From NCBI GenBank assembly GCA_965222605.1, contig OZ244960.1:5376001-5440000 (forward strand): a stretch of DNA of 64,000 nt, given 5' to 3'. The position numbers and the translations under genes were made by a program. The notes under the pieces are model-generated. The model was not told the origin of the DNA, did no database searches, and saw only the letters and a program-made list of their open reading frames with translations. This stretch comes from Candidatus Latescibacterota bacterium. GTDB lineage: Bacteria > Latescibacterota > UBA2968. This document shows positions 1 through 8,778 of this stretch, in pieces. Each line of letters starts with the position of its first letter. Position 1 is the first letter of the stretch.

Positions 1-733
1 TGGGCAAAATGAAAGGGGTGCGTTCAGGATTTTCTTTCATATTGGACTTTAAGGGTGTCTTTATGCGTATGCGGTAGGTATCAAAACACCTTTTTTGCCA
101 GTCCAAGTCCATAAATGCCGCATCTGCCAAGACGGTTGTCTCTCCCATCGTACCATTCAGGAGTGCGTCTCGGCAGTTCTTGTCGTGTCCATACGCTTGC
201 AGGATCGGCGCGTGGACAATAAGACCATAATCCGTGATCCTAAGGCCACCCTTAAAGCCAAAATATGCTTCACTTTTGGCGGCACAAAAGCCTTTTGAGG
301 GGGGAGGGAACTCAAAGACTGGCTCTCTTGTAAATATCTTGCGATAATGTCGCCTTGCCAGTTTACAGATCGGTAAGGGTAGCGTATCTATGATCTGGCA
401 GGATGCCTGATGCCCTTCCAAGCTGGCAACAATCCGCTGTTGCATCCACATCTTGACAACCCACAAATTGGCACATTGACGCACAAAGGCAGGACGGTCT
501 TTCAAAGTGGGAAACCAATCTATGAAGTGTTCTTTCATCTGCTCATAAAGTTTTTTCTGGCTTGAATATCCCAAAAAGTGACCCACGATTTCTATGGTGA
601 GGCATTCGGCATCACTTAAACCGGGGTCAAAGCCTGCCCGACGGGGCTTGCCATGCACCTTACAGAAAGCCGGATAGAGTTCGTCTTCAATAAAACAGTA
701 GATTGCAATGACAAAAAGGTCTAAATTATACAT
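1..733 (-). CDS. IS982-family DDE transposase, 3' end outside window
   Basis: Not in the ORF track because there is no stop in the window. Hand translation from ATG 733: MYNLDLFVIAIYCFIEDELY...LSDAECLTIEIVG...IIDTLPLPIC...GFCAAKSEAYFGFKG...LADAAF, typical IS982 motifs. Confidence 0.85.
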   Translation of the reverse strand, partial: MYNLDLFVIAIYCFIEDELYPAFCKVHGKPRRAGFDPGLSDAECLTIEIVGHFLGYSSQKKLYEQMKEHFIDWFPTLKDRPAFVRQCANLWVVKMWMQQRIVASLEGHQASCQIIDTLPLPICKLARRHYRKIFTREPVFEFPPPSKGFCAAKSEAYFGFKGGLRITDYGLIVHAPILQAYGHDKNCRDALLNGTMGETTVLADAAFMDLDWQKRCFDTYRIRIKTPLKSNMKENPERTPFILP

Positions 734-830
734 CGGAGGTTCCTTTCGTTGAATGGCTTCTTGTTTAGTGAACAATTCAAGATAGCCGAGGAACCTCTTT
801 TTCGCTATTTAAAGTCACACATCACGTAGG
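1..830 (-). mobile_element. IS982-family insertion sequence, partial (continues past window start)
   Basis: Contains the transposase ORF below. The putative left end (minus-strand ..CTACGTGATGTGTG) is near 816-830; the right end is not in the window. Confidence 0.75.
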
Positions 831-854
831 CTTTAGTAAGTTTTGAGTTGTTCA

Positions 855-1844
855 TTATGACTTCCAGGGGATAGGTACATTGATCTCTGTGGCAATGCGT
901 TGCAACATGTCGAGATGTTCTTCGGTCAGCGGGATACCGCTTTGCTCGCGTGTTTGTTCGCGTTGCCATTCCAAACTGCCGGGGACTTCGGCGCTTGCCA
1001 ATCCCGGCATGGGGTTCAGTGACCGACTTTCGCGCAAAATGCGAGAAAGCTCCGTCTTGTAAGCTTCCAAATCGCCCAATCGAGCCACATCAATCGCCAC
1101 AATCATAAATCCTCGAGTGGCATTTGCAAATTTTGGTTTGTGCGATTCAGGTGTCGCTGTGCCCGCTAAAATACCCGCTAAGAACCACGATGTAAATCGC
1201 ATTCCCAAACTTTTAAAAATAAAATCTGGAAATGTCTGCAATGCCTCGGCGAGTTTGTTGCGGTCTTTCAGCATGTTCGCATTCATGTCCAGTACAAAAG
1301 GCGGGCCTTCTGCTGTTGGTATGCCAAAACACATCGGGGGTGCAGACATCGCATCCCATACCGTTGCATCGGGGCGCGTCGGTTTTTGCCAGGCGATTCC
1401 TCCTGCTACTGAAAAAGTCGCCAAATCGCGTGTTAGTCCCAGCCGCGCGTAAATCCCCGCACTGCCCACATGGCCGTGATTGCGCGTACACGCAACGGCA
1501 ATGCCATTTGTTTTTGCCTTTTCAATGACGGCCTCTGTTGCCCGTGTTGCCACGAGGTAACCCGCACCGCCGTCGCCGTCAAAAATCGCCATTGAAGGAG
1601 CATCCATGATTTGGGTAATTTCGGGCTGTGGGTTAATACGCCCTTCTCGAAACTCCGCCACATATCGGCGCAATTGGCGCGTACCGTGTGTGGCGACTCC
1701 GCGCAAATCCACATCTACCAGATAGCGCGCGATTAATGCAGCATCGCCATCGGGCAAATCGACTTTGCACAATACTTCGGTAGCAAAATCGCGCAACAGA
1801 TCAGGCATTATACGCCTGGCGTCTTTGGGGATATAAACGGGCAT
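855..1844 (-). CDS. Ldh_2 (malate/L-lactate dehydrogenase type 2) family oxidoreductase
   Basis: DLRGVATHG, DGDGGAG, RNHGHVGSAG motifs. Start reassigned to MPVYIP with a GGAG RBS. Confidence 0.85.
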   Translation of the reverse strand: MPVYIPKDARRIMPDLLRDFATEVLCKVDLPDGDAALIARYLVDVDLRGVATHGTRQLRRYVAEFREGRINPQPEITQIMDAPSMAIFDGDGGAGYLVATRATEAVIEKAKTNGIAVACTRNHGHVGSAGIYARLGLTRDLATFSVAGGIAWQKPTRPDATVWDAMSAPPMCFGIPTAEGPPFVLDMNANMLKDRNKLAEALQTFPDFIFKSLGMRFTSWFLAGILAGTATPESHKPKFANATRGFMIVAIDVARLGDLEAYKTELSRILRESRSLNPMPGLASAEVPGSLEWQREQTREQSGIPLTEEHLDMLQRIATEINVPIPWKS

Positions 1845-1866
1845 GGAAGTCTCCCATCTGAGGATG

Positions 1867-2886
1867 TCAGAAATCGTTTCGCACTTTCTCCGGCATTCCC
1901 GATCTGAGGGATGCCCAGCACGCAAGCCCCGTGGCGACGACCCTGGCTCCCTCGCGGACGCCAACCCAGGGTTTTGTGCCGTTCAGAACACAATCTGCCA
2001 TGTGCCGCAGCATGACGATCATCTCGCTGGCGTGGCCCCGCATGGATGAGAATTCTGCTGTGATCTTGCGCGAGGGCAGGTCGCCGGTTGGGTCGAGGCT
2101 TTTTACACCGTTGTGAATTGTGCCGCGGGTTCCATAGACGGTCAGGCTATTCATCGTGATGTCGTGCGGGTGTATGATACCGAGGAAATTTGCTATGCGT
2201 CCGATCTTTCCGGATTTGAACTTCACGTTGATGACGAAGTTGTCCTCCTGGGGATAGTCCGGGGAGACGCCGCTGCGCAGTCCGTAACAGTGGACTTCGT
2301 CGATGTCGCCCATAAACCAGCGCAGTAGATCGATCGGGTGGCAGGCGCCGCCCAGGATCAGGTCTTGCGGCATTTCGACCCGCCAGGGAGAGTAATCATA
2401 GACAGGGCGGAGGTCGTGAACGTAGTGGGCTTCGGCCATGAAGAGTTCGCCGATCTCCCCAGCATCGCAGGCGCGCTTTGCTTCGATGAAGTCATATCTC
2501 CCGCGCATACTCTGTGTGACGAGCAACACTTTTCCGGATCTGTCAACGGCTTCTACGACCTGCTCTACTTCTTCCATTGTGTACACCATCGACTTGGTGA
2601 CCATTACGTGCTTGCCCGCGTCGAGCGCGGTCAGGATTTGCTGTGCGTGGAGTGGCCCGGGCGTGTAGATGCCGATGATGTCGAGGTCTCTTCGCGCGAC
2701 CAGTTCGTCGAAGTCGGATGTGAGGGCGTCAATCCCGTATTCGTGGCCGAGTGCTTCGAGCTTGTCCTGTCGCGTGTCGCACAGGGCGGTGACGCGGATC
2801 GGCAGGGCACTGTTTTCCGGCTGGTTGGCGCCAAGCAGCGTTCTGCCGTGGCCAAGTCCGGCGACGCCGATGCGGAGGTGGCTCAT
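1867..2886 (-). CDS. Gfo/Idh/MocA family oxidoreductase
   Basis: IGVAGLG Rossmann motif, ALDAGKHV, HPIDLLRWFMG. Confidence 0.9.
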   Translation of the reverse strand: MSHLRIGVAGLGHGRTLLGANQPENSALPIRVTALCDTRQDKLEALGHEYGIDALTSDFDELVARRDLDIIGIYTPGPLHAQQILTALDAGKHVMVTKSMVYTMEEVEQVVEAVDRSGKVLLVTQSMRGRYDFIEAKRACDAGEIGELFMAEAHYVHDLRPVYDYSPWRVEMPQDLILGGACHPIDLLRWFMGDIDEVHCYGLRSGVSPDYPQEDNFVINVKFKSGKIGRIANFLGIIHPHDITMNSLTVYGTRGTIHNGVKSLDPTGDLPSRKITAEFSSMRGHASEMIVMLRHMADCVLNGTKPWVGVREGARVVATGLACWASLRSGMPEKVRNDF

Positions 2887-2947
2887 TTTCGTTTTTCTCC
2901 CGGTTGATATTGCTGATCGCGTTGTCAAAAAGGTATTCGAGGTGGAA

Positions 2948-4171
2948 CTACTGTTCTGTCCAACTCGCGATGAAGTCCGCAGTGCCGTAGTCCGCGGGCA
3001 TTTCGTTAAAGTAGTGTTTCATAGGGATGGACTGGAAGCCCGGCACAAAGTGTTCCTCGTCCGATTGGAGCAGTGCTTCGAGCGGACTGAATCGATCCCA
3101 AAGTGTGCATGCCTCATCAGAGGTGAATCGATCCGCGAATTTCGGTCCCCAGTTGAACGTGATGGGGTGTGTCCCCAGAACGCGGCGTTGGAGGTCTTCG
3201 GCGATTCCCCGAAGTGGGGGATTTTTTCGCTGTCGAATCGCAAGTGCCGCTTTGCAGAGGAAGACCGTTGACAGAATTCTGCCTTTTTCGGCTCGCTCCG
3301 GATGGAGGCGGTCCAGGGCGTTTAGATACGCGGTGCCATCTCTGGAGAGAACGGCTCTCAGCGCGGATTCCGTATGCTGCTTCATCTGTTCGCTGCGGTT
3401 GTTCCAGCGTGCGAACGCCTCCTGCGCCTGAGGAGATATGTAATTGGTAAACGAGAGGTCGTCGATTGAAGTGTGGGTCGAGAAGCCACCGTGAATGGTT
3501 CGCCGCATTTTGGGGCTGTAGTTGCTGCCCCAGTGGAGGATCGGGAGGATATAGACGACGCCGTCACCGGCTTCGAGATGGGTCTGCAAGGCATTGGGCA
3601 GCGGGCGGCAGGGATCTGCCAACAGTAGCTCGTTTTCTTCGGGGGTGTTCAACCGCAGATGACTGCCCGGTACCACCCAGAGGACGCTGTCGTCGTAGAG
3701 CGGGATGTTCCACTGGACGTAACGCGGACCTCCTTCGAGGATGTCGTCGATATAGCCCTGGAGCGGTGCTGTATCTATCGGATGGAGATCGCGGTGCCAC
3801 TTTGCCGGGCCGTGATGCCTGACGGGATTGCACATCATCATCATTTCTGTGACGGCTCCATCCGCTACATTGAGAAGCTCCGTGCTGACCCCGTGGATGT
3901 TCTCCTCGAGCCATACTTCGACTGCTGGCGCAGTCTCCTGGTCAATCTGATTGACGAGCGGCTGCCTTGAGAGTTGCAGGCGAGGCTGTGGCGCTGTTTC
4001 CCATACGCCTCCAGGTGGATCATTTTCTGCACGCTCGGCCTTCCAGTTTTCGCGTTGGCGGTTGACGAGCGTTTCGTACGCCTGACGCACGCGTTCGAGT
4101 TTGTCGCGTGGCACGGCTTCCTTAACAATGAGGTAGCCGGTTTCCAAGATTTCGTCGCGATTGAGTTGCAT
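2948..4171 (-). CDS. Phytanoyl-CoA dioxygenase (PhyH)-like protein with C-terminal extension
   Basis: WHRD, LWVVPGSH, ILHWG, RRTIH motifs. Confidence 0.8.
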   Translation of the reverse strand: MQLNRDEILETGYLIVKEAVPRDKLERVRQAYETLVNRQRENWKAERAENDPPGGVWETAPQPRLQLSRQPLVNQIDQETAPAVEVWLEENIHGVSTELLNVADGAVTEMMMMCNPVRHHGPAKWHRDLHPIDTAPLQGYIDDILEGGPRYVQWNIPLYDDSVLWVVPGSHLRLNTPEENELLLADPCRPLPNALQTHLEAGDGVVYILPILHWGSNYSPKMRRTIHGGFSTHTSIDDLSFTNYISPQAQEAFARWNNRSEQMKQHTESALRAVLSRDGTAYLNALDRLHPERAEKGRILSTVFLCKAALAIRQRKNPPLRGIAEDLQRRVLGTHPITFNWGPKFADRFTSDEACTLWDRFSPLEALLQSDEEHFVPGFQSIPMKHYFNEMPADYGTADFIASWTEQ

Positions 4172-4255
4172 AGCTGACTCCAATCGGGGTGAAGGAGTGT
4201 TAGTGCAAATGAATCTATTACACGTTGGTGCAAGCAGGGTACGGTGGGGAATCCC

Positions 4256-4285
4256 TTGACTTTCAAGAGGTCTCTGTTGTACTTT
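4256..4285 (+). promoter_or_regulatory. Putative sigma70 promoter of the TA operon
   Basis: TTGACT-18nt-TACTTT upstream of an AAGGAG RBS. Confidence 0.55.
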
Positions 4286-4326
4286 CGATTATCCCAAATA
4301 TAGCAAATCTATCAAGGAGAAACGAG

Positions 4327-4560
4327 ATGTCTGCGCCATCTCTTCTTGCTGAATTAGAAGAAAACATTCGTCGGTTGTCTTTAGATGATCAATTGTTGCT
4401 TATTGAGCGGATGAGCCACCGGATACGAACTGATATTTCTGGTAAAACTGATATAGATGCTCAATTGAGTGAAATGGCCGCTGATCCTGAAATCCAAAAG
4501 GAACTTCAGGAAATTGAGCATGACTTCTCAGCCACAGAGCAAGATGGGCTGGATGATTAA
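4327..4560 (+). CDS. Putative antitoxin of the MazF module
   Basis: Small protein with an acidic C-terminus; stop overlaps the toxin start (TAATG). Confidence 0.7.
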   Translation: MSAPSLLAELEENIRRLSLDDQLLLIERMSHRIRTDISGKTDIDAQLSEMAADPEIQKELQEIEHDFSATEQDGLDD

Positions 4561-4907
4561 TGGCTATTGAGCGTGGTGAAATATACTTCGTGAACCTCAA
4601 CCCGGTGAAAGGACGCGAGCAAGCGGGCCAACGTCCTGTATTGGTTCTGTCCATAGATGCAATTAATCGCTTGCCTCTTGTCGTGACCGTTGTTGTAGGT
4701 ACCAATGGTGCCAACATCACACGGGATTATCCTACAAATATTCGACTGAAGTCAGCAGAAACGGGTTTAGATTTGGAAACTGTTTTCCTTGGGTTTCAGA
4801 TTCGATCATTGGATTCAAAACGTTTTCCGGATCATGCAACAGGTCGAATTTCAGGAGCAACTTTAGAAAAAGTGGAAGCTGTTGTTCGGTATTGTCTCGG
4901 TCTGTAG
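4560..4907 (+). CDS. mazF: PemK/MazF family toxin
   Basis: RGEIYFVNLNPVKGREQAGQRPVLVLS, QIRSLDSKRF. Confidence 0.92.
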   Translation: MAIERGEIYFVNLNPVKGREQAGQRPVLVLSIDAINRLPLVVTVVVGTNGANITRDYPTNIRLKSAETGLDLETVFLGFQIRSLDSKRFPDHATGRISGATLEKVEAVVRYCLGL

Positions 4908-4976
4908 GTGTCTTTCGGTTTTCGCTAAATATAGAAAAACTCACCGCTGGCCCAAATTTTTAGGCGAGGGCACTTT

Positions 4977-5450
4977 CTACCCGGTCCGGATAAGTATGAA
5001 ATCTTCATCATCGCTCGGAGGTTCAAAGCGATTGACGAATTCTGTAAATGCTTGATCGTTGATCCAAAGTGCGTCCTCGTCACTTTTCGAACGAGTTAGA
5101 ATCCGCTTCCGAAGCACGTCAATTGGAGCGTCGAGAAAATAAAGTTTTGATTCCGCGCCTATGGCGGCAGCCGCTTGCCTGACATTTTCGCGCTCTCTTT
5201 TCCGCCAGAATCCCTTATCAAGTATGACATCTGTGCCGAGGGCGAGATTGCGCGTGGCAATGCGCCAGATCAGGTTGGAAACGCGGTTGAAAAGTGCTTC
5301 AAATTGCTCGGTAGAGGGCGATCTGCCAAAAAGCTGAACGATCCACTCGTCATAGGTATATCGCATGGCCTTGTGGGTCTTCTCAAGTTCCCGAGCAAAA
5401 GTGGTCTTGCCCGAACCCGGCTGGCCACAGAGTAGGTGAACAGTCGCCAT
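4977..5450 (-). CDS. AAA_33-type P-loop kinase
   Basis: CGQPGSGKTT, DVILDKGFW. Confidence 0.85.
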   Translation of the reverse strand: MATVHLLCGQPGSGKTTFARELEKTHKAMRYTYDEWIVQLFGRSPSTEQFEALFNRVSNLIWRIATRNLALGTDVILDKGFWRKRERENVRQAAAAIGAESKLYFLDAPIDVLRKRILTRSKSDEDALWINDQAFTEFVNRFEPPSDDEDFILIRTG

Positions 5451-5474
5451 CGTATTTGATCGATACCTCTTTTT

Positions 5475-6290
5475 TTAATCATCTGGTCTTTGTCCAATGT
5501 AGAGTATGTGTCTGGATGAAGCCACCATGCTTTGTTCTGAACTGATTTCGAATAGGAGATCCAACCAGAGGTCTCTCTGCTTTCCTTTAAGCGTGTTATA
5601 GCTCTCGTCGTTTGCAGAGATAGCTGGCTCGACACCTGCAATTTTGAGGGTGCGGAATCCCACGCGCTCATGCATGGGGGCGATTTCTTCCTGCCGAACA
5701 TAATAGCCCCGAAAGCCACCTCTTGGGACATTGGCGGGACGATGGCCGTGTTCTATATGTGACCAAACCGCTTCCTGATTCTCAATCCACGAAGGGTTGT
5801 CCTTGATGAGGTCCCCAAGAATACCAAATCTGGAAATCAGTGCAGAAAAGATCACGCCCTCTGGTTTTAGACAGGCGTGGGCGGCCCGCAGAGTTGCTAT
5901 TCGGTCAGCTTCAAGTAATAGGTGATAAAGAGGCCCCATGAGGAGAACAGCCTCGAACTCGCCACGCGGAATCCCATCCAGTTTGCGCGCATCGCCAGTG
6001 CGGAAATCGATTTGATCAGAGATCCCAAGCTCTTCCGCTTTCGCCTTGCATCGGGTGACGTACTCGTCGGCGAGGTCAATAGCCGTGATCTGGTAGCCTC
6101 GCTTTGCCAGAGAAAAGGTGTAAAATCCCGTGCCGAAACCAATTTCGAGGAGTCTGCCGCGAGGTGGGAGGTATAGATTCAGATAACGCCAGGTGATATC
6201 CGCTTCGAGTTGGTGGCGTTCCAACCTGTTTGCTTCAGCATCCCATGCAGCATTGTAAAATTCGCGTATGTCGGTCAGGTCGTCCATCAT
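5475..6290 (-). CDS. Class I SAM-dependent methyltransferase
   Basis: LLEIGFGTG, GDAR, VLLMGPLYHL. Confidence 0.9.
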   Translation of the reverse strand: MMDDLTDIREFYNAAWDAEANRLERHQLEADITWRYLNLYLPPRGRLLEIGFGTGFYTFSLAKRGYQITAIDLADEYVTRCKAKAEELGISDQIDFRTGDARKLDGIPRGEFEAVLLMGPLYHLLLEADRIATLRAAHACLKPEGVIFSALISRFGILGDLIKDNPSWIENQEAVWSHIEHGHRPANVPRGGFRGYYVRQEEIAPMHERVGFRTLKIAGVEPAISANDESYNTLKGKQRDLWLDLLFEISSEQSMVASSRHILYIGQRPDD

Positions 6291-6327
6291 GTCAAAGGAT
6301 TGTTCTATATATATGTGGCACTTTTCA

Positions 6328-7410
6328 TTACCTCGGCTCGTTGGGATATAAATCCCCTACATATTGGTCATATCCGTTGAACAGCAGAGTCGGACGCATT
6401 TCGGGGTTCGAAGCATTGGTGGTGATGAACCGTTCCTGGGCTTGAGACCACCGGGGATGATCGACCTTGGGATTGACATTGGCAAAGAAGCCGTATTCCC
6501 TTGGGACGAGCGTATTCCAAAAGGTTCTCGGTTGATCGCGGACAAACTCAATGCTCACAAGTGATTTGAGGCTCTTAAAACCGTACTTCCAGGGCACGAC
6601 CAGGCGGATAGGCGACCCGTGCTGGTTGGGCATTTCGTGACCGTAAATTCCCGTGCCTATAAAAGCGAGTTCGTTTGCCGCTTCTTCAATCGTCAGCCCC
6701 TCAACATAGGGCCAGGGCCACTGGGGATTGTTAAACTGTCCAATAGCCTGATTTGGGTCCAAAAAGGTTGTCATCTTGACGAATTTTGCTGTAGAAAGCG
6801 GTTGCACCGCGTCTAAGAGCGCTTTCATCGGAAAACCAGTCCAGGGTATCGCCATAGACCAGGCCTCCACACACCGCAAGCGGTAAAGCCGCTCTTCCAG
6901 CGGCAGAGTGCGGACCAGATCGCCAAAATCGTATGTCTTTTCCTGCGGGACCTCTCCTTTGATTACCACTGTCCAGGGGTCTGTCATGAAGTTTTCCGAT
7001 AGGGGTTTCACCAGATCCTTTCTGGTGCTGAATTCATAAAAATTATTGTACGATCCGGCAATTGACTCCTCGGTTAAAGGCCGGTCCAGTTCCTTGAATT
7101 CATCATTGAGCCTGGCAGGATAAAGCGGTTGCGGTGGCTGTGGTGGCTGCGGCGGTGGCGGTGGTTGCGGCGGTTGTTGTGGCGGCTGCGGCTGCGGCGG
7201 TTGTTGCGGTGGTTGTGGCTGTGGCGGTTGCTGAGGCTCCTCAGTCGGCGTAGAGGGTGGTTTTTCAGCAGGGGAAAAAATCCTCTCATGCCCGCAGCCT
7301 GTTAGTAGCCCCACCGCGCCTCCTGCGGCCATCATAAACTTCCGCCGGTTCATATATACATCTTCCGGCGTCGCCTCTCTCTCGGGTATTTCCCAACCTC
7401 GTTTTGGCAT
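6328..7410 (-). CDS. msrP: Protein-methionine-sulfoxide reductase catalytic subunit (YedY/MsrP)
   Basis: NRRKF Tat motif, YNNFYEF, RLRCVEAWSM, PWKYGFKS, YGFFANVNP, HPRWSQA. Confidence 0.93.
   Translation of the reverse strand: MPKRGWEIPEREATPEDVYMNRRKFMMAAGGAVGLLTGCGHERIFSPAEKPPSTPTEEPQQPPQPQPPQQPPQPQPPQQPPQPPPPPQPPQPPQPLYPARLNDEFKELDRPLTEESIAGSYNNFYEFSTRKDLVKPLSENFMTDPWTVVIKGEVPQEKTYDFGDLVRTLPLEERLYRLRCVEAWSMAIPWTGFPMKALLDAVQPLSTAKFVKMTTFLDPNQAIGQFNNPQWPWPYVEGLTIEEAANELAFIGTGIYGHEMPNQHGSPIRLVVPWKYGFKSLKSLVSIEFVRDQPRTFWNTLVPREYGFFANVNPKVDHPRWSQAQERFITTNASNPEMRPTLLFNGYDQYVGDLYPNEPR
7126..7236 (-). repeat. Pro/Gln-rich coding tandem repeat in msrP
   Basis: Encodes PQQPPQPQPPQQPPQPQPPQQPPQPPPPPQPPQPPQP. 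Confidence 0.9.
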
Positions 7411-7436
7411 ATAAACCTCCTTGATCAGGTCCCGGC

Positions 7437-8288
7437 TTATCGCTTAAGTGATATCCCAAACAAAAACGTATTTCCCGCAGCGGTATTGCAGCCCGCTGCA
7501 ATGTGAATCATATCCACACTCAGTTCCAGCCAATCGGTTAAACGGTAAATCACTCCGGGGGAGAGTTTTAAGACATTCTGATCACCGATCAGTTCCACCT
7601 CTCCAACCGGGTTGCACGTTCCAAAGGTACGGATACCCGAAAGATACCCCTTGAACAGGAACCGGTCCACCGTAATCCCAGCTTCCAGAGCATAAAACCA
7701 TTCATTAGTGAAGTTCCCTCCACGGATCCGGTAGCCGACCTCTCCGGTCACATAAATCGGAGCGGGGTACAGAGATTGACCCAATAGTATCCGAACATCT
7801 GCATCCACCTTTTTGGAACTCAGGGGAACCCGCGTGTTGAGATCTTCATCGTACCACAGCGGAATTTTACCCCCCACAGCAATCGATGCGACCACGGGCT
7901 GGTTGGCTAAAAGCCATCGCAAACGCATTTCCATATCGCCAAAACCCCACCTGCGCTCCAGTGCCGTTCCCGTAACAACCGAATTGAGATCTCTCAAGGT
8001 GCGGGTATCCCGTAGCTGTTTGTAGGGGACAGACGACACAAGTGTGAGCCGGTCCAGCAGGCCGTATTCCAGATAGGCTGAATAATTGAGGTCTCTCAGT
8101 TCCCCCATATTCGCCTTCTGAATCTGCTTGCCATTGGCATCGATATCCCTGGTTGAGTTCAAATAGCCGGCTGCAACCTTGAAATAATAGCCACCCTTTT
8201 TCTGGGTCCACGCCCCGGCAAAGGCCGCAGACGCCAGGCCCAGATAGGCGGCACAAATCGCGATAAAAAACAGGCTTCGATGAATCAT
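7437..8288 (-). CDS. Putative outer-membrane beta-barrel protein
   Basis: Signal peptide (AFA-GAW), YLEYGL and GFGDME motifs, amphipathic beta strands. Confidence 0.65.
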   Translation of the reverse strand: MIHRSLFFIAICAAYLGLASAAFAGAWTQKKGGYYFKVAAGYLNSTRDIDANGKQIQKANMGELRDLNYSAYLEYGLLDRLTLVSSVPYKQLRDTRTLRDLNSVVTGTALERRWGFGDMEMRLRWLLANQPVVASIAVGGKIPLWYDEDLNTRVPLSSKKVDADVRILLGQSLYPAPIYVTGEVGYRIRGGNFTNEWFYALEAGITVDRFLFKGYLSGIRTFGTCNPVGEVELIGDQNVLKLSPGVIYRLTDWLELSVDMIHIAAGCNTAAGNTFLFGISLKR

Positions 8289-8384
8289 ATGTTTATTCCT
8301 ATCTGATTTTAAGACCTTCTTCTAAATTGTACGATAAACTTTTTAAAACATTGCAAGACAAATGATTGTGGATAAAAAAGTATC

Positions 8385-8434
8385 CAGATATGAATGATCC
8401 ACACGTTGGGTTCTTTGTAATAGCCGATGTTGTT
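8385..8434 (-). pseudogene. 3' remnant of a GNAT homologous to 11385-12119
   Basis: Encodes NNIGYYKEPNVWIIH versus NNIGYHEEPNVWIIH; DNA is similar to 11395-11440. Confidence 0.8.
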
Positions 8435-8689
8435 TTATACAGGCTGGAGTATGGCTTCAGTTTCAATTTCCGCTCGTGCTACCTCGTAACCTGCCGATTT
8501 TACATTTGCGATGGCTGAACAAATAGCTGCTTCCAGGGAATCTCCCTCTCGGTGAAAATCAATCGAAAAGACACCGTTGCATATCCCTGGTGTTCCATCG
8601 TCACAACCGACCTCGAACAATTCGTCTGCAATTGCTTCTGTCAGTTCGAACTGGCCTTTGAGAATTAAGGTAAACTCGTATTTGGTCAT
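8435..8689 (-). CDS. Small HicB-like putative antitoxin
   Basis: MTKYEFTLIL...LFEVGCDD...FHREGDSLEAAI family pattern. Confidence 0.6.
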   Translation of the reverse strand: MTKYEFTLILKGQFELTEAIADELFEVGCDDGTPGICNGVFSIDFHREGDSLEAAICSAIANVKSAGYEVARAEIETEAILQPV

Positions 8690-8715
8690 TGGACTTAACC
8701 TTTCCAATTTACAGT

Positions 8716-8760
8716 TTACAGATGATGCGGGCAACGGTCAACTGGGCTCTGATCTCCGAA
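8716..8760 (-). pseudogene. C-terminal remnant of the cognate HicA-like toxin
   Basis: Encodes ..VDRCPHHL* just upstream of the antitoxin; resembles the C-terminus of toxins paired with this family. Confidence 0.45.
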
Positions 8761-8778
8761 ATATCTGTAAAAAAACTT

